DNA from: a bacterium
Lineage (GTDB): Bacteria; RBG-13-61-14; DATKZS01
Reading direction: 5' to 3'
DNA length: 31,804 bases
Assembly: GCA_046484135.1 (NCBI GenBank)
Contig: JAWOBU010000272.1
Coordinates: 1-31,804, forward strand
The translations under genes were made by a program, and so were the position numbers. Under the pieces are notes generated by a model. The model was not told the DNA's origin. It worked only from the letters and a program-made list of their open reading frames with translations, and searched no databases. Numbering within the stretch: the stretch's first letter is position 1; each line of letters starts with the position of its first letter. This document shows positions 16,924 through 25,988 of the stretch, in pieces.

Positions 16924-18000
16924 TTACCCCCTTTTACACCTTTTGATAATCCCCACCGCTATGTCGTCCAGGTTTAAAACTTCGTCCACCATATTGGTCG
17001 CGATGGCCTCACGCGGCATGCCGAACACTATGCTGGTCTGCTCCGACTCGGCGATCACGTAACCGCCGGCCTCTTTTATCCGGCGCACTCCTTCGGAACC
17101 GTCGTTTCCCATCCCTGTTAATACCACACCCATGCACCTCTGTGCAAATACCTCCGCGGCGGAAGAGAACAAGGCGTTCACGCTGGGAACATACTTTTCC
17201 CCCTCCACGTGGTCCTCGAGTACGGCGAGGACCCTGTCTTTTTCCTTCTCCACCCGGAGGCTCCTGCCGCCGGGAGCCAGAAGCACGGTGCCCGGCTCCA
17301 CCACGTCCTTGTCTTCCGCCTCCTTGACCCGGAAGGCGCTGTTGCGGTCGAGCCTTTCGGCAAAGGCCCTGGTGAAGCCGGTGGGCATATGCTGGCTGAT
17401 GAGGATGCTGGTGCCCATGTCTCCGGGCAGGCTCCCGATGATGGCCTGGAGAGCGGATGGCCCGCCGGTGGACGCTCCCATCACCAGGGCGGAGGCTGGC
17501 GTTTCCACTGCTGCGGGCTTGACCTCGGCCAACTTCTCGGGCGTGAGCCCCATCTCCGGGGAGGCGGCCCGGTTGACCTGCCGCTGGAGGTTTCGCATCT
17601 TCAGCTCTTCCACCACCTTGAGCTTTTCCAGAAGCTCCTGGCGAAGGACCTGGCTGGTTTGAAGGTGGCTGCTCGGCTTGGCCAGAAAATCTATGGCCCC
17701 GAGTTCCAAAGCCCGGAACACGTTCTTGTCCTCGCTGCGGGAAGAGATGACCAGGATGGGAGTGGGCAGGCTCTTCATCACTATGCGCAGGAAAGTGAAC
17801 CCGTCCATCCGGGGCATCTCCAGGTCCAGGGTGATAAGGTCGGGCCGGGTCTCGAACGCCTTTTTAATGCCTTCCTCTCCGTCGCGGGCGACCCCCACCA
17901 CCTTGGCCGCGCCCGAGGTCTCCAGTATCTCGGATATGGTCCGCCGGTTGAAGGCGGAGTCATCCACCACCAGCACCCGGATGAGGTCCGCGTCCGTCAT
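16924..18000 (-). CDS. cheB: Chemotaxis methylesterase (REC-CheB)
   Basis: VVDDS, TLDLEMP, GASTGG, QHMP, PSVN, LTGMGNDG, FGMPREAI. Confidence 0.95.
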   Translation of the reverse strand: MTDADLIRVLVVDDSAFNRRTISEILETSGAAKVVGVARDGEEGIKKAFETRPDLITLDLEMPRMDGFTFLRIVMKSLPTPILVISSRSEDKNVFRALELGAIDFLAKPSSHLQTSQVLRQELLEKLKVVEELKMRNLQRQVNRAASPEMGLTPEKLAEVKPAAVETPASALVMGASTGGPSALQAIIGSLPGDMGTSILISQHMPTGFTRAFAERLDRNSAFRVKEAEDKDVVEPGTVLLAPGGRSLRVEKEKDRVLAVLEDHVEGEKYVPSVNALFSSAAEVFAQRCMGVVLTGMGNDGSEGVRRIKEAGGYVIAESEQTSIVFGMPREAIATNMVDEVLNLDDIAVGIIKRCKRG

Positions 18001-19913
18001 GGCCCGCCCTCGCTTTCCGGCTTCCGGTAGACCAGGTCGTTCTTTAAATGGACCAGCTCGAAGCTGGTGGACACGCTCATAAGCGACTCCGAGTGGCCCA
18101 GCAAGAGGTAGCCGCCCGGCTTCAAGATACTGTAAAACTGCTCCACCGCCCGGCGCTTGGCTTCGGCGGAGAAGTAGATGATGACGTTTCGGCAGAAGAC
18201 CACCTCCAGGTTCTTGAGGTGGGGGCTGCTGCCCGCGTGCAGGATGTTGGTGGTATCAAAAGCGACCATCTTTTTGATCTCGTCCTTTATCCGGTACCGG
18301 CCGGCCTCTTGCGTAAAATACTTCTTTACAAAAGAATCCTCGATGGTCCGGAACGAGGAAGGGTTGTACAGGCCCAGCCGGGCTTTCTCTATCATCTCCC
18401 GGTTGAAATCGGACCCGATGATCTCGACCGGCGGAGAGCTTTGGTCCGCCAACTCCTTTACGATCATGGCGATGGTATACGGCTCTTCCCCGGACGAGCA
18501 ACCGGCGCTCCAGATACGGAGCGGCCCCCTGCCGCTCTTCTTTTTCTTCTCCAGGAGGGGGGGAAGGATTTCCTGTTTAAACGCCTGGAGCTGAAAGTCC
18601 TCCCGGAAGAAGTAGGTCTCGTTGGTGGACAGGTCGTTCATGAGCTCGCGGAGCTCGCTCTTTCCCTTGCTTCCGTTCGACTCGATCATTTCCAGGTACT
18701 GGTCGTAATCGTTGAGTTGAAGGCTCTCCATCCTCTTCTGGACCCTTCTTTCCACCAGGTACTTGAGCTCATGGTCGTAGAAAAGGCCGCTTTCGCCGGC
18801 GACCAGGTCCCGGGTGCGAGTGAACTGCTTTTCGTTCATGGGCCCCAGCGACTTGATCTCCAGGGACCGCTCCAGGCCGGTAAGAGAGTTTACAGCCGGC
18901 TCTTCCTTTTTAGCCGAGTCATAGGCCGCGGGATCCCGCTTTTGAATCTTTTTCAGAGCGTCCTCCAGCTCGGAGGAGATGCTGTCGTCCGGGAAGGCCC
19001 GGGCCAGAGTTCTTCCCGCCTTCGAGGTCCCGATCATTCCCAGCAGCCGGGCGGCTGACTTTTTTACGGCAAGGTTGTTGGATTGCAAAAGCTCGCCCAG
19101 AAAGTCCACGGCGTCGCCGGCCAGGTTTTTGTTTACCTCGTTCTCGGCGAGCTTTTCCAGCCGCGGCTCCCGGGAGAGCTTATCCAAAGCCCGGACCGCG
19201 GATTGCCTGGCGCTCTTGCCGGTATCTTTTACTCCCTGGACCAGAATGGACAGGGCCTCGGGGCTCCTGGTTTCGCCCAGGGCGTCGTAAACCGCCCTTC
19301 TCAAGATGCGCTGGTCCAGTAGCGGCTTGATCCGCTCCAGGGGGATAGGCTTTCCCACCCTTCCCAGGGCATAAAGCACGCTGAACTGGAGGGACACGTC
19401 TTCCGTGGAAAGAAGAGACAAAAGCGCCTGGAAGGTGTTCTCCCCTCCGATGGAGCCCAGTGTTTCCACGGTGGCCAGCCGGATGTTTTCCGACGAGTCG
19501 CGGGTAAGAGGAAGAATGGCGTCCACCACCGACGGGTCTTTGATCTCGCCCAGGATGTCAACGATGAACTTCTTCACGTCATCGTTTTCGTGGTCCAGCG
19601 CTTCGAGCAAGTAGGGAACAGCGGTCTTGCCCATGGAGACAAGCCCTTCCAGGGCGGAAGAGCGGCGGGCCGCGTTTTCCTCGTCCTCCAGGGAATTGAT
19701 GAACAGCCGGGACGACTTCTGGTGCTCGGGAAGTCCCTTCAGGATGTCCACCGCGGTTTTCCGGACACGCCAACTGTTGTCGCCCAGGGCCTGCTTAAAG
19801 AGACTCAGGGAGTACTCGTCCGCCTGGCCTCGCATGGACTCCAGTGCATCCACCCGGACGTTCTCGTCCGGGCTTTTCAAGGAAGAAGATATGTGTTGCC
19901 CGACCTCAGCCAA
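17997..19913 (-). CDS. cheR: HEAT-repeat (PBS-lyase-like) domain fused to CheR methyltransferase
   Basis: N-terminal repeats (DENVRVDAL, DNSWRVRK, ENIRLATVETLG), then TNETYFFRE, IWSAGCSSGEEPYTIAM, FCRNVIIYF, LKPGGYLLLGHSES in one uninterrupted frame. TTG start. Confidence 0.9.
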   Translation of the reverse strand: MAEVGQHISSSLKSPDENVRVDALESMRGQADEYSLSLFKQALGDNSWRVRKTAVDILKGLPEHQKSSRLFINSLEDEENAARRSSALEGLVSMGKTAVPYLLEALDHENDDVKKFIVDILGEIKDPSVVDAILPLTRDSSENIRLATVETLGSIGGENTFQALLSLLSTEDVSLQFSVLYALGRVGKPIPLERIKPLLDQRILRRAVYDALGETRSPEALSILVQGVKDTGKSARQSAVRALDKLSREPRLEKLAENEVNKNLAGDAVDFLGELLQSNNLAVKKSAARLLGMIGTSKAGRTLARAFPDDSISSELEDALKKIQKRDPAAYDSAKKEEPAVNSLTGLERSLEIKSLGPMNEKQFTRTRDLVAGESGLFYDHELKYLVERRVQKRMESLQLNDYDQYLEMIESNGSKGKSELRELMNDLSTNETYFFREDFQLQAFKQEILPPLLEKKKKSGRGPLRIWSAGCSSGEEPYTIAMIVKELADQSSPPVEIIGSDFNREMIEKARLGLYNPSSFRTIEDSFVKKYFTQEAGRYRIKDEIKKMVAFDTTNILHAGSSPHLKNLEVVFCRNVIIYFSAEAKRRAVEQFYSILKPGGYLLLGHSESLMSVSTSFELVHLKNDLVYRKPESEGGP

Positions 19914-19926
19914 CTACCCCTCCAGC

Positions 19927-21093
19927 TCAAGCCAGGCCGAACTCTTTTTTCTTGCGCTCGATCATGGTCTCGAAAGCTTCCTTGAAGTAGTCCCGGTGGT
20001 TCCTGATTTCTTCGGAGACCTTGGTGTTGTAATGCTGGAGACCGTCGGAGATGTCCTTGGCCAGAAGATCATAAATGTTGCCTTCCTTTACCCCCTGGGC
20101 CACCAGGTCGGTATTGTAAAGACTGATGTCGGAGACAATGGTCCGGGCGAGCCGGGCGGCCTTTTGATGAGCGGGGTCGTCCGGCACGGGCGGGAAGTCC
20201 TTGGCGGCCGCCGGAGCGGCGGGCGCGGGTTGAGAGGGCGCTTGAGACTGCTGTGTGTCTTGGGCCGGTGCGGGGGCCGGCTGTTGGGGGGGTGGAGCTG
20301 CCGGCTGGGGCGGAGCCTGAGGCTGCGGGGGCTCTTGAGCCTGCTGCGGCTGCTCAGGGGAAACCGGCTGCTGTTCCGGCTGAGGGGGAGCCTCCTGCCG
20401 GGGCGCTTCCGTCTCCTGTTGCGGCGGTGCCTGTTGTTCCGCGGGCGGGGGCGGCTCTCCCAGCACGAACTGCTTTATCTTTTTTACTACTGCGGGCCCG
20501 TCATGATGCTTTTCAATGTAGTCGTCCGCGCCGTATAAAGACTCGGGCTGTCTCCGGAACCGGTCTTTTTCGTAGACCGACCCGAGCAGTATGATCTTGA
20601 CTTTTTCGGCCAGGGCCGGGTCCTGCTTGGTTTTCTCCGCTATGTCGAATCCGAACATTCCGGGCAGGGCCACGTCCAGGATGGCCACCTGGGGCAGCTT
20701 TGATCTGATCAGCTCCATGGCTTTCTCGCCGTTTTCGGCCAGGTAGACGGTGAATCCGGCCTGGAGTACGAGCCGGGCCACGTGCTTTAAGTACTTCTGG
20801 TCCGCGTCCCCCACCACGATGGTGCCGAGCGGCTTGGTAGAGGGCTGATAGGGACCCACCGCCAACGGCTTGGCCGCGGCCGGAGCGGGCTGCTGCGCCT
20901 GCGGCGGGGGGGGCGCCGGCTGTTGCGGCTGTTGGGGCACTGCCTGCCGGGCCGGCGCCGGTTGCGCGGCCGCGGGCTTCTTGACCCGGAAGACCGTATT
21001 ACATTTCTGGCATCTGAGCCGTAGCCCCTGGTCGCCTATTTTGTTCTCGTCCACTTTGTACCTGGTTTTGCAGCTCGGGCACAATACCCTCAT
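19927..21093 (-). CDS. MJ0042-type zinc ribbon + receiver + Pro/Gln linker + C-terminal helical domain
   Basis: CPSC...CQKC..F, ILDVALPG, GADDYIEK, PQ-rich linkers, C-terminal ARLARTIVSDISLYN. Confidence 0.85.
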   Translation of the reverse strand: MRVLCPSCKTRYKVDENKIGDQGLRLRCQKCNTVFRVKKPAAAQPAPARQAVPQQPQQPAPPPPQAQQPAPAAAKPLAVGPYQPSTKPLGTIVVGDADQKYLKHVARLVLQAGFTVYLAENGEKAMELIRSKLPQVAILDVALPGMFGFDIAEKTKQDPALAEKVKIILLGSVYEKDRFRRQPESLYGADDYIEKHHDGPAVVKKIKQFVLGEPPPPAEQQAPPQQETEAPRQEAPPQPEQQPVSPEQPQQAQEPPQPQAPPQPAAPPPQQPAPAPAQDTQQSQAPSQPAPAAPAAAKDFPPVPDDPAHQKAARLARTIVSDISLYNTDLVAQGVKEGNIYDLLAKDISDGLQHYNTKVSEEIRNHRDYFKEAFETMIERKKKEFGLA

Positions 21094-21112
21094 TTTATTC
21101 CCCTTTATGAAT

Positions 21113-21613
21113 TTACGTTTTCTTTTTTCCGCCCACTGTCTCCAGGGAGACCTTTTCCTCGGAAGTCAGTATCTCGTCCAGGTTCAGGATAAGCAGGATA
21201 TCTTCTTTATACCTTGCCACCGCGTTCAAGTAATCGGCCTCGACCCCCCTTATCACCCGGGGCGGGGGCTGCAAGTCGCTCTTGGACATGGAGATGACCT
21301 CGGTAACGTCGTCCACCATGATCCCCAGTATCTTACGGGAGACGCTGACTATGATGACCTTTCTTTCCTTGTCCTCTCCGAGCGCCGGCAGGGAAAATCT
21401 TTTCCTCATGTCCACCACCGGTATGACCACTCCCCGAAGGTCCACCACCCCTTCCAGGAAGTCGGGGGCGTGGGGAAGGGGCGTAATTTTCAGCGGCCTT
21501 ATGATCTGTTTTATCTTGTTTATATCTATGCCGTAGAGCTGGTTGTCCAAAAGAAACACAGCCAGTTGGACCACTGAATCATCCTTGTAATCGGCCCTTT
21601 CCTGTTGCGGCAT
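21113..21613 (-). CDS. cheW: CheW adaptor
   Basis: YGIDINKIKQI, LPHAPDFLEGVVDLRGVVIPVVDMRKRF, GIMVDDVTEV. Confidence 0.93.
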   Translation of the reverse strand: MPQQERADYKDDSVVQLAVFLLDNQLYGIDINKIKQIIRPLKITPLPHAPDFLEGVVDLRGVVIPVVDMRKRFSLPALGEDKERKVIIVSVSRKILGIMVDDVTEVISMSKSDLQPPPRVIRGVEADYLNAVARYKEDILLILNLDEILTSEEKVSLETVGGKKKT

Positions 21614-21616
21614 TTT

Positions 21617-22813
21617 TTACCCCACCGGCACCATGATCTTTTCCAGGGCAAGAAAGATCACCATCTTCGAGTCCACCCTGCCGATGCCTTTTATATACTC
21701 GGCCTCGACTCCGCCCAGCACCGGCGGAGGCGGCTCGATGGCGGACTCCGACATCCTTACCACCTGCTCCACCTGGTCCACCAAGAGGCCGGCGGTGTAC
21801 TTTCCGTGGTTCACTATAATGATCCTGCTCTTCCGGGTGGCCTCTGCCTCGGGAAGCTTGAGTATCCTCCGGAGATCGAATACGGGTATTACCGTCCCCC
21901 GCAAGGAGATGATCCCGAGCACATAATCCGGCACCCGGGGCACCATGGTTACGGGAACCACCTTGATTATCTGCCTGATACTGGTCAATCGAACCGCATA
22001 GGTCTCTTGGGCCAGCCGGAAGCTGAGCAAAGAGAACTGGTCCTCGGCCTCGGCCCCCTCAGCGCCGAACTCCCGCATATACAGCTCTTCGGTAACCAGA
22101 GAGAAGAAATCGTCTTCATCAGTGGCCATGTCCTCGAGGGAGTACTCTCCTTCCAGGGAGGGCTCATCCGCCGCCGGCGGCTCTTCTTCCGGAAGAGGCG
22201 AAGCTTCAGCAGGCTCCGGCTTTTGTTTCTCCGGCGTCATGTGTTCCCGGACCTCCCAGTCCATGGAATCTGACGTGTCCTCGGCGACAACGGCCTGCTC
22301 GCCGGACGGTCGGGACTTATCCCGCTCACCGGCAGCAGAGCGTTCGAGAGACTCTTGGTCCTCCTTGTTTTTATCCTTTTTCTGCGCGGTCTTTTCTTCG
22401 CCGCCGCCTGCGTCATCGTCATCGAGGAGGATGGAGGCGTCGGGAACCTCTTGTCCGCCTCCTTTCTGCTCCGGAAAAGACGGCAGCTCTTCTCCAAAGG
22501 AGTCGTCGCAGAACACGTCCTCCTCGGAAAAGTCGGACATGGAAACAAAAGCGCTGTCCTCCGACTTCCCGGTGTCCTCCGCCGCGGGCTTGTCCTCCGG
22601 CCCCTCCCTTACGGAGTCCGCCGCGGAAGCGGCCTCAGGCTCCTCCGCGGCTTCCGGGGCTGAAGGAGGGACGCTCCGGGAGGCTTCCTGTTCCTCCGGA
22701 GACCGGCCGGACCCTTGCGACGAAGAAGACGGAGCCCGTTCCTCTTCCGCCTTTTCCTGTTTCTGCTGTTGGGCCTTCTTCCGGGCCCTTTCCCTTGCTT
22801 TTAATAAGTCCAT
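21617..22813 (-). CDS. cheW: CheW with a ~255-aa acidic low-complexity N-terminal extension
   Basis: C-terminal FRLAQETYAV...VLGIISLRGTVIPVFDLR...GLLVDQV; N-terminus rich in E/D/S/P. Confidence 0.9.
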   Translation of the reverse strand: MDLLKARERARKKAQQQKQEKAEEERAPSSSSQGSGRSPEEQEASRSVPPSAPEAAEEPEAASAADSVREGPEDKPAAEDTGKSEDSAFVSMSDFSEEDVFCDDSFGEELPSFPEQKGGGQEVPDASILLDDDDAGGGEEKTAQKKDKNKEDQESLERSAAGERDKSRPSGEQAVVAEDTSDSMDWEVREHMTPEKQKPEPAEASPLPEEEPPAADEPSLEGEYSLEDMATDEDDFFSLVTEELYMREFGAEGAEAEDQFSLLSFRLAQETYAVRLTSIRQIIKVVPVTMVPRVPDYVLGIISLRGTVIPVFDLRRILKLPEAEATRKSRIIIVNHGKYTAGLLVDQVEQVVRMSESAIEPPPPVLGGVEAEYIKGIGRVDSKMVIFLALEKIMVPVG

Positions 22814-22907
22814 GTCTTGTTCCGGGTCAGCGCTTTTTGAAAAAACCGTTACGATAACCTCAATCTCATTATGATAGGCCAGATCAGGCCGGTTAACAAT
22901 CAGGCCT

Positions 22908-23795
22908 TCAGTTTCCCGCCGCCTTCTCGCCCGCCATGTCCTCCGGTTGCTGTTCCTTTCCGGCCGGGCCGGAGGCGCCTTCCTCCTTGTTTCCCATCAG
23001 GCCCAGGTCGCGGGCCACGTCTTCTATAATGTTTTCGCCGATAGTGTCGGTTTCCCTTCCGAATCCTTCCAGTAATGCCGCCGAAGCCAGGTTGTTGATC
23101 CAGCGGGGAATCCCCCGGGAGAGCGAAGCTATAAGCTCTACCGCTTCCCCGGTAAACAGGCTTCTGCTGCAACCGGCCTCCCGAAGCCGGTACTCGATAT
23201 AGCCGCCCACCTCCTGCGGCTCCAGGTCGTCCAGGTGATAGGAGAGCCCTATCCTTTGTCGGAGCGCCTCGTATGCCGGATGGCGCAGTCTCCTTTTCAG
23301 CTCGGGCTGTCCCATCATGATGATGGCCATCAGGTTCTGGTCGTCCAGTTGAAAGTTGGTCAACAGTCTTATCTCTTCGAAGGTGTCCCGCGAGGGTATC
23401 ACCTGTGCCTCGTCTATAATGATCAAGGGCAGGATATCGCTTTCATAGCAGTTGAAAAGCAACTCGTGTATCTGTTCCACCAGGTCGCTCCGGTAATGCC
23501 TGGGCTCCTCCTCTCCCAGCCTCCGGGCCACGGTGCGCAAAAGCTGGTTGGGCGAGAGCCTCGGGTTTATGATGAGCGCCGGCCGGACCGACTCCGGCAT
23601 CCGGTCTATGAGCGCGCGGGAGAGGGTGGTCTTTCCCGAGCCTATCTCGCCGGTCAGGAGCATGAGCTCCCTGTCCTCCACCGCCTGTTCCATCCGGGCC
23701 AGGGCCTCGGCGTGCAGGGGGCTCTGATAAAGCATGGACGGATCGGGCGTCTTGGAGAAGGGTTTCCGGTCCAGTCCGTAAAACTCGAGATACAT
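22908..23795 (-). CDS. ExeA/GspA-family AAA ATPase (soluble)
   Basis: MYLEFYGL..KPF..TPDP N-terminus, Walker A GEIGSGKTT, Walker B IIIDEAQ, MGQPEL, LRQRI, SRGIPRWIN. Confidence 0.9.
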   Translation of the reverse strand: MYLEFYGLDRKPFSKTPDPSMLYQSPLHAEALARMEQAVEDRELMLLTGEIGSGKTTLSRALIDRMPESVRPALIINPRLSPNQLLRTVARRLGEEEPRHYRSDLVEQIHELLFNCYESDILPLIIIDEAQVIPSRDTFEEIRLLTNFQLDDQNLMAIIMMGQPELKRRLRHPAYEALRQRIGLSYHLDDLEPQEVGGYIEYRLREAGCSRSLFTGEAVELIASLSRGIPRWINNLASAALLEGFGRETDTIGENIIEDVARDLGLMGNKEEGASGPAGKEQQPEDMAGEKAAGN

Positions 23796-23807
23796 GGGGC
23801 CGCCCCT

Positions 23808-25988
23808 TTAAGCGCTCATGCTGAACAGGGACACCGCGGCTTCCTCCATCAGGTCCACCACGTCCAGGACCAGGATGGTCCGCTGGTTGCCGAGCTCGGT
23901 CGCGCCTGCTATTCCCCTGACTCCACGAAGGATTTCTCCCACCGACTTTATGACTATGTCCTGCCTGCCCCAGAGCTTGTCCACTATGATGCCCAGGCCC
24001 CGCTCGGCAATGCCGACCTTGACCACGTACACGATGTCCTCGTCCTCGCTCTCCGCCATCTCGGAGAGGCCGGGCGGGGCGGGGCTGGCTCCGCTTTCCA
24101 GCTCGAGCTTCTGCATCTCGTCCGGCAAATGATCGGGCCCGTTGTCGGCCTGCTTCTCCCGGAGCCCGAAGAGCTGGTTCAAGCGAAGCAGGGGAACGGT
24201 TTTCCCCCGGAGCTCGATGACCTCGCGGTTCTCTATGGTCTGGATGTCCTCCGGCTTTATCATGAGGCCCTGCTGCACCGAGTTCAGGGGAATGGCAAAG
24301 GTCTCCCCTCCGGCCTCCACGATAAGCGCCTGGATGATCGCCAGGGTCATGGGAATGGTGATGGAAAACTTGATGCCTTTGCCGGGGGTGCTGTCCACGT
24401 CAATGGCTCCGGACAGGGAGCTTATATTGGACTTGACCACGTCCAGGCCCACGCCCCTGCCGCTGTACTCCGAGACCGACTCCATGGTGGAGAAGCCGGG
24501 GGAGAACAGGCACTCGACCAGCTCTTCCGGCCGGTACTCGGCCTCCGGGTCCAGAAGCCCCATCATGGCCGCCTTATTCTGGATATTTTCGTAGTCAAGG
24601 CCCCGGCCGTCGTCCTGCACGTCTATGACCACGTGGTTGCCTTTCTGGTAAGCGCTGAGCCTTACTGACCCCCGCTCGGGCTTGCCCGCTTTCACCCTCT
24701 CCGCCTTGGCCTCGATCCCGTGGTCCATGCAGTTCCTGATCAGGTGCATGAGCGGATCGGCCAGGTCCTCGATGATAAGCTTGTCCAGCTCGGTGTCCCC
24801 GCCCTCGGCCTTGAAGTCCACCTCCTTGTCCAGCTCGCGGGAGAGCTTTCTCACGTTCCGGTGCAGCTTGTCAAAGGTCTGGCCGATGGGGACCATCCTG
24901 ACCTCGAGGACCCCGGACTGGAGATCGGAGAGCTTCCTTTCCATGGTGCGGGAGTTCTTGATGAGCTCCATGACCAGCTCGTTGAACCCGAGCTTGTCGC
25001 GGAGCTTCTCGATGAGCTGGGACAAGCTGTTCTTGGCGATGACCAGTTCTCCCACTATGTTCATGAGGTTGTCGAGCTTGCCGATGTCCACCCGCACGGT
25101 CTGGGACATGGTCCGCAACGAGGACGAGTCCTGTTCCTGCTGTTCGGGCAGGGGCGCTTCGAGTTCGGGGGCCTCTTTTTCGTCCGGGGGTTTTTTTGCG
25201 GCCGGCTGTTCCGTCTCTTTTTCTTTGGAGGGCGCTTGTGGTGCTTTCCCCTTCCTTAATACTTCCATGGTGACGGGTCTTCCGGCAAGGCTCTCCTCGA
25301 TGGTATCGAGGGGCTTGTCCGCCCCTACGATTATATCAAAGGTGATCTTGTCGTCTCCGGAGTCGCCTGCGCTCGGGAGGGTGGTTATGACCTCGCCCTG
25401 GCTCTTGGCCAGCTCCTGCAGGTCGGAGAGGTCCTCGTCAAAAGTGGAAAGCTCGAAGGCGGCCCTGAACTTTATGATGTTGAGACCGTCTTTTATGTTG
25501 GCCTGGAGCCGGTGCTCCTCGTACTCGGTAAGTACGGACAGGATTTCCTGCCCCACGCAGGAGAGGTCATCGGCGGCCTCTCCGCCGCTCTCTCCGGACT
25601 CGGCCTCCACCAGCCGGCGGGTCAAGTCCTCGACCTCTTCCAGGGCCGGGGGCTCGACGTCTTCGGCCTTGCCGTACACCACCGACCGGAGCATGTCCAC
25701 GCTCTCGAAGAGCAGGTCGAACAGCTCCTCGTTCAACTCGATCTTGTCCATCCGGAGCTTGTCCAACAGGTTCTCCAGAGTATGGGAGAGGTCGGTAAGA
25801 TCGGAGAACCCGAACAGTCCGGATATGCCTTTCAGGGAATGGGCCGCCCGGAAGATGTTGTTTATAAGGGAAGGGTCTGTCTTCCGGTTTGCGGAGTAGG
25901 ACTCGTGAATGGACAGCAGGTCCGCGTTCAGAGAATCAATGATGTCCTCTGCTTCGCCCAGGAACTCGTCTATCTGGGTGTTGCTCAT
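23808..25988 (-). CDS. cheA: Chemotaxis histidine kinase
   Basis: Hpt IFRAAHSLKG, dimerisation VRVDIGKLDNLMNIVGEL, HATPase HLIRNCMDHGIE/DDGRG/FSPGFST/SGRGVGLDVV, C-terminal P5. Confidence 0.96.
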   Translation of the reverse strand: MSNTQIDEFLGEAEDIIDSLNADLLSIHESYSANRKTDPSLINNIFRAAHSLKGISGLFGFSDLTDLSHTLENLLDKLRMDKIELNEELFDLLFESVDMLRSVVYGKAEDVEPPALEEVEDLTRRLVEAESGESGGEAADDLSCVGQEILSVLTEYEEHRLQANIKDGLNIIKFRAAFELSTFDEDLSDLQELAKSQGEVITTLPSAGDSGDDKITFDIIVGADKPLDTIEESLAGRPVTMEVLRKGKAPQAPSKEKETEQPAAKKPPDEKEAPELEAPLPEQQEQDSSSLRTMSQTVRVDIGKLDNLMNIVGELVIAKNSLSQLIEKLRDKLGFNELVMELIKNSRTMERKLSDLQSGVLEVRMVPIGQTFDKLHRNVRKLSRELDKEVDFKAEGGDTELDKLIIEDLADPLMHLIRNCMDHGIEAKAERVKAGKPERGSVRLSAYQKGNHVVIDVQDDGRGLDYENIQNKAAMMGLLDPEAEYRPEELVECLFSPGFSTMESVSEYSGRGVGLDVVKSNISSLSGAIDVDSTPGKGIKFSITIPMTLAIIQALIVEAGGETFAIPLNSVQQGLMIKPEDIQTIENREVIELRGKTVPLLRLNQLFGLREKQADNGPDHLPDEMQKLELESGASPAPPGLSEMAESEDEDIVYVVKVGIAERGLGIIVDKLWGRQDIVIKSVGEILRGVRGIAGATELGNQRTILVLDVVDLMEEAAVSLFSMSA

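Noticed and set aside
20200..20460. Repetitive GGCTG/CTG-rich DNA
   Set aside because: Explained by the Pro/Gln/Ala linker codons of the Zn-ribbon-receiver protein; not a CRISPR array or regular tandem repeat.
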